This document shows positions 50,393 to 61,209 of a stretch of DNA of 64,000 bases, piece after piece. The stretch comes from Dehalococcoidia bacterium (lineage in GTDB: Bacteria > Chloroflexota > Dehalococcoidia > Plut-88900): contig OZ240219.1 in assembly GCA_965197645.1 (NCBI GenBank), forward strand, positions 800,001 through 864,000. The letters run 5' to 3'. Position numbers and translations under genes: made by a program. The notes under the pieces are model-generated. The model was not told where the DNA came from and made no database searches. It worked only from the letters and a program-made list of their open reading frames with translations. Position 1 is the stretch's first letter. Every line of letters begins with the position of its first letter.

Positions 50393-50474
50393 AGGAGTCA
50401 GGTTGTACTGCCGGGTCCGGAGGAGGTACGCCTCTTCCTAGCTAGGATGGGGCTACGGGGATGCTCCAAGCAGA

Positions 50475-50602
50475 CTAGATTGCTTCGCTCCCTTCAACCT
50501 CCACAGGACGCACTCCCCCCCGCTCGCAACGACGACCACGGTTAGATTGGATCCTTACCTTCGTCATTGCGAGGCCCGACAAAGTCGGGACGTGGCAATC
50601 TA
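50475..50602. repeat. Family A composite element (L arm, spacer, R arm)
   Basis: CTAGATTGCTTCG..CTCGCAACGAC-GACCACGGTTAGATTGGATCC..-GTCATTGCGAG..GTGGCAATCTA. Confidence 0.9.
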
Positions 50603-50869
50603 ACGAGAATGGTTAGGGCCACTTCTTGAGAGGATGAGGGTTTCTTCCAAGTGAGCGGGGACTAGGACATGCGTCCCCTGAGACAGGCTCCCAGCGGTTC
50701 ATGTTTGACTTACGTCGAGTCGCAATGCGAATGAGTGTATCTTTGATCTAAGCTTTGCGGGATACTCATAGGATTGCCAGTGCATTAAAGATGGTGGTAC
50801 ATTGGATTTCTTGTTGCAGGTGACAACAAAAACCAGCACGATGACGAGGGCGAAGGGAGAAAGGTCATA

Positions 50870-51202
50870 GTGGCAACGAATCGTCAACGATTGATACGTT
50901 TGCTGGTACAACTCGAACCACAGCCGGAGGGAGGGTACACGGTAACATCACCGGTGTTGCCGGAACTTGTAACAGAGGGCGATACCATCGCCGAAGTTAA
51001 CACCAACGTCGCAGACGCTTTCCGGGCCGTCGCCGAGCTTTACCAGGACCGCGGACAGGAGTTGCCCGGGGAATTGTATGTAGAGGCGCTTGACGAACCG
51101 TTCACGTTGGTACATACGGAGACACCTAACGAACCACGCACCTTAGTATATGTGGGGACATCTAACGATTCCTTCGCGTTAGAATCAGTTACCACACGGT
51201 GA
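50870..51202 (+). CDS. hicB: HicB-like antitoxin
   Basis: EGGYTVTSPVLPELVTEGDTI.E...N..DA. Confidence 0.85.
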   Translation: MATNRQRLIRLLVQLEPQPEGGYTVTSPVLPELVTEGDTIAEVNTNVADAFRAVAELYQDRGQELPGELYVEALDEPFTLVHTETPNEPRTLVYVGTSNDSFALESVTTR

Positions 51203-51411
51203 AGTACAAGGACGTCGCTCGGCGTCTCAAGTCCTTGGGGTGTACGGAGATTCCTCGGAGAGGTGGAGGATCTCATCGCAAGTGGGTTAACCCCGCCACT
51301 AATAAGGGCACATCCGTTCCCGATTGGGGCAGTAAAGATTTGAAAGAAGGAACCCTCCGTGCCGTAGTGCGTAAGTTGGGCTTAGCTTGGCCTGACTTCC
51401 GTTCCGCCTGA
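51199..51411 (+). CDS. hicA: HicA-like toxin
   Basis: L..LGC..RGGGSHRKW.NP..VP..DLKEGTLR.V.R.LG. Confidence 0.88.
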   Translation: MKYKDVARRLKSLGCTEIPRRGGGSHRKWVNPATNKGTSVPDWGSKDLKEGTLRAVVRKLGLAWPDFRSA

Positions 51412-51448
51412 TTTTTCTGACTGAAGAGCGGCCCGCACGGTCTTGTCC

Positions 51449-51478
51449 TTGACACCCCATGCGCTTACGGTCTAAGAT
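51449..51478 (+). promoter_or_regulatory. sigma70 promoter for the rny operon
   Basis: TTGACA-18 nt-TAAGAT. Confidence 0.65.
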
Positions 51479-51539
51479 AAATCGTTAAGCTGGGACGTTC
51501 TATCAGTTCTTTAACAAATCGATAGAAAGCGAGGAGAAG

Positions 51540-53072
51540 ATGGACATACCCATTTTCGTGTCCATCTTGAGTCTGATAGGGGCCGTTCTTCTTGGGGGAC
51601 TTACCGGATTTACTGTCAGGTACGTGGTTTTGGGCCAACGCCGACGAGCGGCAGAGGCCAAGGCTGCTGCCATAATCTCTGAAGCTGAGAATAGCCAGAA
51701 GGAGATACTGCTGGAAGCAAAAGAGGAGGCCATCCAGGCCCGCTCCGCAGTCGAGTCAGAGAACCGGGAACGCCGCAATGAGCTGAGACGACAGGAAAAC
51801 CGCCTCACCCAGAAAGAAGAGACCCTGGACCGCAAGGTGGACGGAGTTGAGCGCCGCCAACGCAATATGGCGGCAAAAGAGGAAGACCTTAAGAAACGAG
51901 CTCTAGAAACAGAAGAGCTGAGAGACCAGGAGCTGCAGAGGCTCGAGGAGATCAGCAGCCTATCCCTCCAAGAGGCCAATGACCGGCTGATGGCCCAGGC
52001 CGAAGATACCATCCAGGGAGAGGTAGATAGACGCCACTATGAGCTAGAGCAGGCCATGAAAGAGGAGGTCAAGGTTAAGGCCAGAAAGGCCATAGCCCTG
52101 GCCATTCAGCGCCTGACCAATGACGTAGTCTCCGAGACCACGTCGACCGTCGTCAGTCTCCCCAGCGACGATATGAAGGGCCGCCTGATCGGGCGGGAGG
52201 GCCGCAACATCAGGGCCCTGGAGAAGGCTACGGGGGTGGACCTGATCATAGACGACACCCCTGAGGCCGTCACCCTTTCCACCTTCGATCCCGTGCGCCG
52301 CGAGATTGCCCGTGTCGCTGTCTCCAACCTGGTGAGCGATGGACGCATCCATCCCGCTCGTATCGAGGAGATGGTCGTCAAGGCCAAAGTCGAGGTGGAG
52401 GAGTCCATCAAGACTTCCGGCGAAGAGGCGATGTACGACCTGGGTATTACTGGCTTTCATCCGGAGCTGGTGAAGCTGATTGGCCAGCTAAAGTTCCGGT
52501 TCAGCTATGGCCACAACATACTGAAGCACAGTGTCGAAGTGGCCCAGCTTGCCGGGATGATGGCCGGCGAGATTGGCGCAAACGCGGACATAGCGATGAA
52601 GGCCGGCCTTCTCCATGACATCGGCAAGGCATTGACCCACGAGGTCCAGGGCCCCCATGCCGAGATCGGCGCCGAGATAGCTCGGAAGTTCAAGATCCGG
52701 CCGGAGGTGGTGAAGGCGGTGGAGGAGCACCACGAGGAGGACAGGGTCAACGTCGAGGCGTTCATCGTGGCCGCGGCGGATGCGGTAAGCGGCGCTCGGC
52801 CGGGCTCCAGGCGCGACTCCGTAGAGAACTACATCAAGCGTCTTCAAGCCCTGGAGGGAGTGGCCAACAGCTTCGACGGCGTCGAGAAGTCCTATGCCAT
52901 CCAGGCTGGTCGCGAGATCAGGATCATGGTCAAGCCCCAGCAGATAGATGACGTCGCCGCCGCTCGCATGGCCCGAGAGGTGGCTAAGAAGATAGAGAAA
53001 GAGCTGGTCTATCCCGGCGAGTTGAAGGTAACGGTCATCCGGGAAACCAGGTCTATAGAAACAGCGCGGTAG
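51540..53072 (+). CDS. rny: Ribonuclease Y
   Basis: N-terminal TM, coiled coil, KH ([13 protein letters not shown]), HD (LLHDIGK). Confidence 0.98.
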   Translation: MDIPIFVSILSLIGAVLLGGLTGFTVRYVVLGQRRRAAEAKAAAIISEAENSQKEILLEAKEEAIQARSAVESENRERRNELRRQENRLTQKEETLDRKVDGVERRQRNMAAKEEDLKKRALETEELRDQELQRLEEISSLSLQEANDRLMAQAEDTIQGEVDRRHYELEQAMKEEVKVKARKAIALAIQRLTNDVVSETTSTVVSLPSDDMKGRLIGREGRNIRALEKATGVDLIIDDTPEAVTLSTFDPVRREIARVAVSNLVSDGRIHPARIEEMVVKAKVEVEESIKTSGEEAMYDLGITGFHPELVKLIGQLKFRFSYGHNILKHSVEVAQLAGMMAGEIGANADIAMKAGLLHDIGKALTHEVQGPHAEIGAEIARKFKIRPEVVKAVEEHHEEDRVNVEAFIVAAADAVSGARPGSRRDSVENYIKRLQALEGVANSFDGVEKSYAIQAGREIRIMVKPQQIDDVAAARMAREVAKKIEKELVYPGELKVTVIRETRSIETAR

Positions 53073-53167
53073 GCCAGTCCTACGCCCGCTCACGGGTGGT
53101 ACTGCATCGAGTCATGAGGGACGGCACGGCGCGCAGACAAAGTCTGGAAGGGTAGTTTTACGGCAAA

Positions 53168-53935
53168 TTGCGCATCTTGATGATAGGCGATGTCGTCGGG
53201 AAACCCGGCAGGAGGGCCGTAAAGACATTCGTGCCCGAACTTCGCAAGGAACACAAAGTCGACTTTGTCATCGCCAACGGCGAGAACAGCGCCGGTGGCT
53301 ACGGTATCACCGTGGAGACGGCGGAGGAGCTGATCGGCGCCGGCGTGGACGTGATCACCACGGGCAACCACGTCTGGGACCAGAAGGAGATAATCCCGCA
53401 CCTGGATGGAGACCTGCCCCTTCTGCGGCCCATCAACTTCCCACCCGGTGAGCCGGGGCGAGGGTACATGACCAGCGGCAAGGTGATGGTGGTGAATCTC
53501 GTGGGCCGGGTGTTTATGGGCCAGTCCGATTGTCCCTTCCGAGCCATGGAGTCCCTCCTATCTTCGATGACCGACGTCCCTCCCATAGTGTTCCTAGACT
53601 TTCACACCGAGGCCACCTCTGAGATCGGGGCCATGGGCTGGTACATGGACGGGCGGGCCAGCGCTGTCGTTGGGACCCACACCCACGTGGGTACTGTGGA
53701 TGCCCAGATCCTTCCCAGGGGCACTGCGTTTCTGAGCGACGTTGGCATGGTGGGCCCCATTCAGGGCGTCATCGGAGACGACCCTCAGACCGTCCTGAGC
53801 CGCTTTCTCAGCGTCCGACATTCCCGTCTATCGGTGGCCAAGGGGCCGGTACGCTTCAACTCGGTCATGGTTGACGTCAACGACGCCGACGGGAAAGCCA
53901 CCTCGATCCAGCGCATCGACATGGAGATGGACTAG
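53168..53935 (+). CDS. YmdB/TIGR00282 family metallophosphoesterase
   Basis: GDVVGKPGR, NGEN, GNH, DFH.EATSE, GTHTH; follows rny. Confidence 0.95.
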   Translation: MRILMIGDVVGKPGRRAVKTFVPELRKEHKVDFVIANGENSAGGYGITVETAEELIGAGVDVITTGNHVWDQKEIIPHLDGDLPLLRPINFPPGEPGRGYMTSGKVMVVNLVGRVFMGQSDCPFRAMESLLSSMTDVPPIVFLDFHTEATSEIGAMGWYMDGRASAVVGTHTHVGTVDAQILPRGTAFLSDVGMVGPIQGVIGDDPQTVLSRFLSVRHSRLSVAKGPVRFNSVMVDVNDADGKATSIQRIDMEMD

Positions 53936-53938
53936 GCG

Positions 53939-54787
53939 ATGGCGGTAGACCTGCACAGCCACACCACCGAATCCGACGGCGTTTTGGAGCCAGAAGACCT
54001 GGTGGAGCTGGCCGTCAAGCAGGGTGTCGAGTACCTGGCCATTACCGACCACGACACCACTGACGGTCTGGATAGGGCCTTCGCCAAGGCTAGCGAATAT
54101 CCCTCCTTCACCGTGATACCCGGCATTGAGCTGGGCACCGACGTTCCCGGCGGCGAGATACACCTCCTTGGCTACTACATCGACTACAAGGACGCCGATT
54201 TTCAGGTCATTCTCAGCAAGTTTCGAGAGGGAAGGGTGGGCAGGGCTGCCAGCATGGTGGAGAAGCTGGCCGCGCTGGGCATGCCGTTGGAATGGAGCAG
54301 GGTGCAGGAGCTTGCGGGCGATGGCGCCATCGGCCGGCCCCACGTCGCCCAGGCGCTCGTGGAGAAGGGGTACATCAAGGACGTCCAGGAGGCTTTCGCA
54401 AAGTACATCGGTCGGGAGGGTCCCGCTTACGCCGAGAGGGATAAGCTGAGCCCTGCCGAAGCGGTGGAGATGGTAGTCGCCGTGGGCGGGCTTCCCGTCG
54501 TCGCTCATCCCGGCGAGATCGCCGGCCTGGACAACCTGTTGGCAGAGTTGAAGCAGGCGGGACTGGTGGGCATGGAGGTCTACTATGCTTACTACCCGGG
54601 CGACCTCGTCCGCCGTCTGAAACAGCTGGCAGATAAGCACGATCTAATACCGTGTGGCGGCAGCGATTATCACGGTGAGGGGCTTGCCTCAAGGACCGAT
54701 CTTGGCTCGGTAGATGTCCCGGTGGAGTCGGTGAAAAGGCTGATGGCCCTGTCCAAACAGCATCGGAGCAGAACGGGCCCGGCGTGA
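53939..54787 (+). CDS. PHP domain protein (TrpH/YciV-like)
   Basis: [30 protein letters not shown]. Confidence 0.93.
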   Translation: MAVDLHSHTTESDGVLEPEDLVELAVKQGVEYLAITDHDTTDGLDRAFAKASEYPSFTVIPGIELGTDVPGGEIHLLGYYIDYKDADFQVILSKFREGRVGRAASMVEKLAALGMPLEWSRVQELAGDGAIGRPHVAQALVEKGYIKDVQEAFAKYIGREGPAYAERDKLSPAEAVEMVVAVGGLPVVAHPGEIAGLDNLLAELKQAGLVGMEVYYAYYPGDLVRRLKQLADKHDLIPCGGSDYHGEGLASRTDLGSVDVPVESVKRLMALSKQHRSRTGPA

Positions 54788-55221
54788 TCCTCGATGCCCG
54801 GGCCATCCAGTCCATCATTCCCCACAGATGGCCCTTTCTTCTGGTAGACTGTATCGACGAGTTGGAGCCTGGGGTGAGAGCGGTGGGCGTCAAGAACGTC
54901 ACCATCAACGAGCCGTTCTTCCAGGGCCACTTTCCAGGTCACCCGATTATGCCCGGCGTCCTCATAGTCGAAGCTCTCGCCCAGGTGGGCTCGGTGGCCA
55001 TCCTGAGCAAAGAGGAGAACAAGGGGAAGGTGGGCTATTTCGCCGGTATAGACTCCTTCCGGTTTCGCAAGCCGGTACAGCCGGGGGACGTCCTGCGGCT
55101 GGAGGTGAGCCTCACCAGGGTGCGGGGTCCGGTGGGCAAAGGTTCGGCACGCGCCGAGGTTGACGGGCAGACCGTCGCCGAAGGGGAGCTCACCTTTGCT
55201 CTGGGGGACCTACCCGGCTAA
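54784..55221 (+). CDS. fabZ: 3-hydroxyacyl-ACP dehydratase
   Basis: [35 protein letters not shown]. Confidence 0.97.
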   Translation: MILDARAIQSIIPHRWPFLLVDCIDELEPGVRAVGVKNVTINEPFFQGHFPGHPIMPGVLIVEALAQVGSVAILSKEENKGKVGYFAGIDSFRFRKPVQPGDVLRLEVSLTRVRGPVGKGSARAEVDGQTVAEGELTFALGDLPG

Positions 55222-55336
55222 TCTCTGGCGTGTCCAGGCTTCTACCCTCCTTCGTTTGGAATCGTTACAGCTTTCGGAGGCTCACTGGTTGACCGCGGAC
55301 ATCGAGCAAAACACCAGTCCAGCACCCGGCGGAGCC

Positions 55337-55843
55337 ATGCGGTGCGCAACCCACCCACAGACCGAGACCTACCTGTCCTGCGGCAGGTGCGATAAGCCCA
55401 TCTGCCCCCGGTGCCTGGTGCAGACTCCCGTAGGCGCCAAGTGCAAGAAGTGCGCCAACGTGAGGCCGGACCCTGTGTATCACATCTCGACCCCCTACCT
55501 GCTGAGGGCGGCGGCAGCCGCGGTGGGTCTGGCCGTGGGCGGAGGCATCCTGTGGGCCGTGCTGCGAGGGATCCCCTTGATATCCTTCTTTGCCGCCATC
55601 GGTGTCGGCATAGCTATAGGCGAGGGGATATCCTGGGCCACCAATCGCAAGCGGGGCCGGGGACTGCAGATCGTCGCTGCCGTCACGGTGGTGGCCAGCT
55701 ACTTCATGGGCCAGGTCTTCCGGGGCCTCTTCATACATAATCTGCCGGGAAGAATCCTGGACGACTACGTGCTTTCGGTGGACATCTTCATGCTGCTTGC
55801 GCTGGCCATTGGCGTTATGTACGCGGTGGGCCGCCTGAGGTGA
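55337..55843 (+). CDS. B-box-like zinc finger membrane protein
   Basis: CATHP..CGRCDKPICPRC..VGAKCKKC followed by ~4 TM segments. Confidence 0.8.
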   Translation: MRCATHPQTETYLSCGRCDKPICPRCLVQTPVGAKCKKCANVRPDPVYHISTPYLLRAAAAAVGLAVGGGILWAVLRGIPLISFFAAIGVGIAIGEGISWATNRKRGRGLQIVAAVTVVASYFMGQVFRGLFIHNLPGRILDDYVLSVDIFMLLALAIGVMYAVGRLR

Positions 55844-55926
55844 GCAGGGTATACTGAGGGAGAGAAGCCCCCACTATTCCTCGCATCGACCCTTCTCGAC
55901 TCTCGACTGGAACTGGAGCGAACGGT

Positions 55927-57159
55927 ATGAGCGAAAAAAGGGTCCTGAAAGCCGTAGATGCCAGGCATGATGAGATAGTCGAGTTCACCCGCCGGATCCT
56001 GAAGCTTCCCTCGGAAAATCCTCCCGGCAGTGAGCGGAGAGTGGCCGAGGCGATTAGGGACGTTGCCGAGCAGTATGGCCTGGGAAGGGTTGAGATGCCG
56101 GCCCGGGACGAGGAACGTCCCAGCGTGGTCATCACCCTGGAAGGCTCAGGTCCGGGGAAGACCCTCCTCTACAACGGCCACACCGACGTTGTCCTTGTCG
56201 GTGAGGACGAGCGGCTCCAGTGGAAGGCAGACCCCTACGCAGCCGAAATCATCGACGGCGAGATCTACGGCCGGGGAGCGGCCGATATGAAGGGCCCGGT
56301 TGCGTCCATGCTCTACGGGGCTATAGCCCTCAAGGAAGCAGGCTCGCCCTTTAACGGCAAGCTGGTCCTGGCCTTCACCGCCGACGAGGAGGAAGGGGGC
56401 TACTACGGCGCCCAGTACGTCTGCGAACAGGGCCTCGCTACCGCCGACGCCGCACTCATCGGCGAGCCATCCGGGATGGACTCGGGGTTCGACTACCTGG
56501 CAACCGCCTCCCGCGGCGCCACCTGTTTCAAGCTGGTGGTCCGGGGGACCCAGATGCACAGCAGCCAGTCCGACATCCGAGGCGCGGTCAACGCCGGCCT
56601 CAAGCTGGCCAAGGTGCTGCACAGGATGGAAGAGGAGCTGGTGATACACCACGAGCCTCATCCCCTCTATCCTCAAGGCCCCACCATAAACCTGGGGACC
56701 ACCCTGGAAGGCGGGGTCAACTACTGCATAATACCGGGCTACGCCGAGGCTACCAACGACATACGGGTCCACCCGGGCATGACCAGGGAGTCGGTAATGA
56801 GGGACCTGAACGACTTCCTGGACAAGCTCCGGAAGGAGGACCTCAAGCTGGACGTGGAACTGGCGCCCGATGTCCGCACCGGCTGGATAGCCCCGGCCGA
56901 GCTATCGAGCGGTCATCCCCTGGTGGAGACTATCCTGGACTCCACCGAGAGCGTACTGGGGTTTCGGCCCGAAACGGGCGGGTTCACCGGCGGCACCGAT
57001 GCTCAGCACTTCGAGGGGATTGCCGGCACGCCGACGATCTCGGCCTTCGGTCCCGGGCTACTGAAGCTGGCCCACGGCCCTAACGAGCGGGTCCCCGTCG
57101 AGGAACTGGTAGCCGGGGCCAAGATATACGCCGTCGCTGCGATGAGGTATCTGGGGTAG
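55927..57159 (+). CDS. M20 family metallopeptidase (ArgE/DapE-like)
   Basis: NGHTDVV, YGRGAADMKG, ADEE, GEP, AHGPNE. Confidence 0.92.
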   Translation: MSEKRVLKAVDARHDEIVEFTRRILKLPSENPPGSERRVAEAIRDVAEQYGLGRVEMPARDEERPSVVITLEGSGPGKTLLYNGHTDVVLVGEDERLQWKADPYAAEIIDGEIYGRGAADMKGPVASMLYGAIALKEAGSPFNGKLVLAFTADEEEGGYYGAQYVCEQGLATADAALIGEPSGMDSGFDYLATASRGATCFKLVVRGTQMHSSQSDIRGAVNAGLKLAKVLHRMEEELVIHHEPHPLYPQGPTINLGTTLEGGVNYCIIPGYAEATNDIRVHPGMTRESVMRDLNDFLDKLRKEDLKLDVELAPDVRTGWIAPAELSSGHPLVETILDSTESVLGFRPETGGFTGGTDAQHFEGIAGTPTISAFGPGLLKLAHGPNERVPVEELVAGAKIYAVAAMRYLG

Positions 57160-57212
57160 GGTTGTGCCCTTTACAGCTACTTCAAACGGGCAAGACGTCT
57201 TTGACCCACGAC

Positions 57213-57282
57213 GTCCCAGATTGGTTTGCCCGCCCGCCCTGGATTGCATCCGCAGGCTCCCAACCCCCACGAAGGGGGTTTG
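57213..57282 (-). repeat. Degenerate family B-related repeat
   Basis: Minus strand GGGGGTTGGGAG..ATGCAATCCAGGGCGGGCGGGCAAACCAATCTGGGA. Confidence 0.55.
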
Positions 57283-57300
57283 TGGGATAGTCTAAGCGGA

Positions 57301-57428
57301 CTAGATTGCTTCGCTCCTCCCAACCCCTCAGGATGAACTCCCCCTCGCTCGCAATGACGACCACGGTTGGATTGAATCCACACCTTCGTCATTGCGGGCC
57401 CCGGCAGAGGCGGGGCGTGGCAATCTAG
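57301..57428. repeat. Family A composite element
   Basis: Same arms and same GACCACGGTT.GATTG.ATCC spacer as the 50475 copy. Confidence 0.9.
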
Positions 57429-57439
57429 CGGGGGGGGGT

Positions 57440-58435
57440 CTATCGGAACCGGGGCATTACCTCCCTGGACAGGGTGCGGATCATGTCCACGAAGGAGTCC
57501 AGGTCCTCGGCCCAGCACCGCAACCCGATCATGGTGGCGCCCGATTCCTCGTAGGTCTCCACCCTCCTGCATAGCGTGTCCACCGAACCGATGAGGGACT
57601 CACTGAGGCCTTCCTCGAAGGAGAGGATCTCGGCCTCCAGGCTCTTGCGGGACTTCTGCTGGGCAACGGCGTCGTCTCCCACGTAGAGAGGAATGTAGGG
57701 CACAATCTCCATCTCGACATCCCCCCGCCCCTCCTCTTGGGCCAGCTGTTTGATCTCGGCCAGCCCTTCCTTGATCAGCCTCGGGTTTCCCTCGGGGACC
57801 CAGCCGTGACACCAGCGGGCCAGCCTTCTCAACGAAGGGCGGAACAGCTCCGCGCCACGAGGCTCGGGGTGATGGACGATGCCCCCGCCGTACAGGATGG
57901 GGATCTCGGGCACCCTGGGGTAGTAGGAGGCGTTGCGGAAGGAGATGGTCTCGCCCTGATAATCGACGTTGCCGCCCCGAAAGGCGGTTGTTAGCACGTC
58001 CAGGTACTCGTCGGTCAGCGCTATCCGGTCCATGTAGGGGATGTTCATAACCTGGAAATCGTTGTGATAGTCCCCCAGCCCCACGCCCAGCAGCAGCCGG
58101 CCCTTGGACAACGCCTGCAGGGTCATGGCCTGCCGAGCCAGCACCCTGGGATCCCGCAGGGGCAGCACCAGGACGGCGATGCCCAGCCTGACCCGCTCCG
58201 TGAACCCGGCCACCCATGTGAGAGTGGACAGCGACTCGTAGAAATCGGGCTCTATGCCCTCGGTCTGCTCGATGGTGCCCGAGGCCCGGTGCACGAACCA
58301 ATCGGTGTCGTAGGTGACGTGGTCATGCACCCACACCGTATCGTAACCCAGGTCTTCGGCCTCCAGAGCGATCCGCTTGATGGCATCGACGCCGGCCAGG
58401 GCGCCTGAATGGGGCAGCTTGATACCGAATTTCAT
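57440..58435 (-). CDS. LLM class (probably F420-dependent) oxidoreductase
   Basis: GYDTVWVHDH, LPLRDPRVLARQ..LS.GRL.LGVG.G. Confidence 0.92.
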   Translation of the reverse strand: MKFGIKLPHSGALAGVDAIKRIALEAEDLGYDTVWVHDHVTYDTDWFVHRASGTIEQTEGIEPDFYESLSTLTWVAGFTERVRLGIAVLVLPLRDPRVLARQAMTLQALSKGRLLLGVGLGDYHNDFQVMNIPYMDRIALTDEYLDVLTTAFRGGNVDYQGETISFRNASYYPRVPEIPILYGGGIVHHPEPRGAELFRPSLRRLARWCHGWVPEGNPRLIKEGLAEIKQLAQEEGRGDVEMEIVPYIPLYVGDDAVAQQKSRKSLEAEILSFEEGLSESLIGSVDTLCRRVETYEESGATMIGLRCWAEDLDSFVDMIRTLSREVMPRFR

Positions 58436-58500
58436 GATTGCATCCTACTAGGCATGGGCCGACTATTGTGGGGGTATCTCACGAGACCGGATGTAGTTGC

Positions 58501-58586
58501 CCTAACCACCCACCCTCGGATGGTTTTGTAGTTGTGGGAACTTCCCCCATGCTCCCTGCCGGAGGGAAGTTTCTCACTGGACTCCC
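58501..58586 (-). repeat. Family B interspersed repeat
   Basis: Reverse complement of GGGAGTCCAGTGAGAAACTTCCCTCCGGCAGGGAGCATGGGGG..TCCGAGGGTGGGTGGTTAGG. Confidence 0.8.
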
Positions 58587-58601
58587 TTGCCCCACTGCCT
58601 C

Positions 58602-58728
58602 AGATTGCTTCGCTCTCGTCCACTCCCCTCAAGAACGCCCTCCTCGGTCGCAATGACGGTAACCGTTCGACCGAGTCCGTACCCTCGTCATTGCGAGCCT
58701 CGACAACGTCGGGGCGTGGCAATCTAGA
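58602..58728. repeat. Family A composite element
   Basis: AGATTGCTTCG..GCAATGAC-GGTAACCGTTCGACCGAGTCCGTACCCTC-GTCATTGCGAG..GGCAATCTAG. Confidence 0.9.
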
Positions 58729-58742
58729 TTATATCGCCGGGG

Positions 58743-59903
58743 CTACTTCACGAACAGCTTTCTCTCGACGCCCTGGGTCAGTGTCTCGCAGCCGTCCTCG
58801 GTTACCAGGATAGTGTCGCTGCAAGCAATGGATCCCATCCCGGGCACCCGCACCCCGGGAATCAGGTGGAAGGTCATTCCTGCCTGCAGCGGCCGGGTTT
58901 CGCCCTTGGTGATGCTGATTATATGCCCTTCTCCCCAATCGGGGGCGAAGGCGATACCGATGGAGTAGGCCGCTCTCCGTTCCAGCTTGGAACCGAGATT
59001 GGCGTCATCCAGGCTCTCCCGCACCACCTCGAAGACGTCTCCGGCCGCCACGCCGGGCTTGATGCAGCTCTTGGCCTTGGCCAGGGTATCGACGACCACC
59101 TCCATGCCCCGGAGCATGACCTCCGGCGGCTCGCCGAGGTAGGCCTGACGCATGATGGCGGCGTGGTAGCGGTTGATGCAGCCGGGAATCTCGAAGAAGA
59201 CCACCTCGCCCTGCTCCAGCCCTCTCCGGTACCAGGAGGAGTGGGCCATGGTGGACCGCACACCGGAGGCGACGAACACGGGCAGGCCGGTATACTCGCT
59301 GCCGGCGAGGATCTGGGCGCGATGCACCTCGGCGGCCACTTCGTTCTCCGTAGCCCCGACCACCGCTGCCTCGATCCCGGCGAGGGTGCCCGCGTCGGCG
59401 GCTTTGCCTGCCTGGCGAATGTACTCGATCTCTCGGTCCGACTTGATGACCCTGCCCTCCTCGACCAGCCCGGAGCAGTCCACGAACTCGGTGTTGGGTA
59501 GGGCATCGGTCAGCCGGAGATAGTCCCTGGCGGTGAGGAACCACGAGCCATACTCCAGCCCGATTCGCTTACCGTCGAGGCCCAGATCGACGAGGGCGTC
59601 CTTGGTCTTTTCGACCCAGTCGTCGTGGTCCCGATAGGGGCGCCGGTCTTCCACCCACGAGAGGTGCTCAGCGTTGGCGTCCTCTATCAGCCGGGTGATG
59701 AACACGGGCTCCCTGTCCAGGGGAACGATGAGGGTCTGGTACCAGTAGTAGCCCGGGGTCTGGTAGCCGGTCAGGTAGCAGAGGTTCTCGGGAGTGTGGA
59801 TGAGCATGGCGTCGGCGCCCCTGGCCTGGATGCGGCGACGCAGGGCATCGAGGCGCTGCCGGTACTCATCGAGGCTGAAGTACTGCCAGGTGGCCGTCTT
59901 CAT
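58743..59903 (-). CDS. M24 family hydrolase (ectoine hydrolase DoeA/creatinase-like)
   Basis: FSLDEY..R, ENLCYLTGY, IKS..EI, FFEIPGCINRYH, YSIG, FHLIP. Confidence 0.88.
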   Translation of the reverse strand: MKTATWQYFSLDEYRQRLDALRRRIQARGADAMLIHTPENLCYLTGYQTPGYYWYQTLIVPLDREPVFITRLIEDANAEHLSWVEDRRPYRDHDDWVEKTKDALVDLGLDGKRIGLEYGSWFLTARDYLRLTDALPNTEFVDCSGLVEEGRVIKSDREIEYIRQAGKAADAGTLAGIEAAVVGATENEVAAEVHRAQILAGSEYTGLPVFVASGVRSTMAHSSWYRRGLEQGEVVFFEIPGCINRYHAAIMRQAYLGEPPEVMLRGMEVVVDTLAKAKSCIKPGVAAGDVFEVVRESLDDANLGSKLERRAAYSIGIAFAPDWGEGHIISITKGETRPLQAGMTFHLIPGVRVPGMGSIACSDTILVTEDGCETLTQGVERKLFVK

Positions 59904-59917
59904 TGCCCGCCTCCGGT

Positions 59918-61078
59918 CTAGTTGGAGAACAGCTTCCGTTCGATGTTGGGCGTTAGAGACTCGCAGCCCGTTTCGGTTACCAGGATCGTCTCGCTGACCC
60001 CCACGGAAGATAGGCCCGGTATGAACACCAGGGGGATCAGGTGGAAGGTCATGCCCGCTCTGAGCTCTCGTTGCTCGCCCTCTTTCATGCTTATGATGTA
60101 GCCCTCGCCCCAGTCCGGCGCGAACCCGATCCCGATGCTGTAAGCGGCCCGGTGGTCCATGGTGACGCCCAGGCCGGCGTCGTCGATGACCTTTCGGCAG
60201 TACTCATGGGCATCGTGGGCGGTAATGCCGGGCTTGATGAACTTGATGCTCTCCTCCAGGGCCTCCACCATCACATCGGTGGCCTTGACCATGCGCTCCG
60301 GCGGATCGCCCAAGTGGCAGTTGCGCATCAGGGCCGAGTGGTAGCGGTTGATGCATCCAGGTATCTCGAAGAACACGGTATCTCCGGCCTTCAGCGTCTC
60401 CCGGTACCATGTCACGTGGCCCAGGAAGGACCTTTCGCCGGCGGAGACGAAGCAGGGAAGCCCGGTGTACTCGCTGCCCGCCTTGATCTGGGCCTCGTGC
60501 ACCGCCGCAGCTACGTCGTTTTCCGACACCCCGACCTGACTGGCCGCTATCCCGGCAGCTATTCCCGCCTCTGCGGCGGCAGCCGCTTGCCGCATGTACT
60601 CCAGCTCCGCCTCCGACTTGATCATCCTGCCCTCCTCCACCAGCATGGAGCAGTCGACGAAGGTGGCGTCAGGGAGCATCTCCTGAAGTCTGTCGAAGTC
60701 GGAGATGGTGATGAACCAGGAGGACTTTTCGATGCCGATCCTCTTGTTGCCGAGACCGAGATCCTTGATAACGTCACTGGTCCTGGCGACCCAGTCTTCC
60801 GAGTCGCCGTAGGGCCTACGCTCCTCGACCCAGGTCAGGTGCTCGGCGTTGGAGTCTTCCAGCAGCCTGGTGATGATCACGGGCTCCCGGTCCAGGGGGA
60901 CGACGAGGGTCTGGTACCAGTAGTAGCCCGGGGTCTGGTAGCCGGTCAGATAGCACAGGTTCTCCGGGGTGTGGATGAGCATGGCATCGGCGCCTTTGGC
61001 CTGGACACGACGGCGCAGGGCGTCGAGACGCTGCTGGTACTCATCGAGGCTGAAGTACTGCCAGGTGGGATTCTTCAA
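59918..61078 (-). CDS. M24 family hydrolase (DoeA/creatinase-like), tandem paralog
   Basis: SD AAGGAGG then TTG at 61078; same motifs and same 386-aa length as its neighbour. Confidence 0.88.
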   Translation of the reverse strand: MKNPTWQYFSLDEYQQRLDALRRRVQAKGADAMLIHTPENLCYLTGYQTPGYYWYQTLVVPLDREPVIITRLLEDSNAEHLTWVEERRPYGDSEDWVARTSDVIKDLGLGNKRIGIEKSSWFITISDFDRLQEMLPDATFVDCSMLVEEGRMIKSEAELEYMRQAAAAAEAGIAAGIAASQVGVSENDVAAAVHEAQIKAGSEYTGLPCFVSAGERSFLGHVTWYRETLKAGDTVFFEIPGCINRYHSALMRNCHLGDPPERMVKATDVMVEALEESIKFIKPGITAHDAHEYCRKVIDDAGLGVTMDHRAAYSIGIGFAPDWGEGYIISMKEGEQRELRAGMTFHLIPLVFIPGLSSVGVSETILVTETGCESLTPNIERKLFSN

Positions 61079-61209
61079 TGGGGTCCTCCTTTCGGAACAC
61101 AAGGGCAGGAAAGACACAGCCACGGAAAGCTGAGGCTCCGGCGCCCGTGAGTATACCAGAACACCCCGAATGCTCACCAGGCGAGAAGAGGTGGGAAGAA
61201 GCCGGTCTG

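Noticed and set aside
53073-53167. 6S RNA or riboswitch between rny and the ymdB-like gene
   Set aside because: Only ~95 nt with a modest hairpin; too short for 6S and no recognisable aptamer
57430-57438. G9 homopolymer as a phase-variation tract
   Set aside because: Lies just outside the LLM stop codon, beside a repeat; no frame or promoter affected
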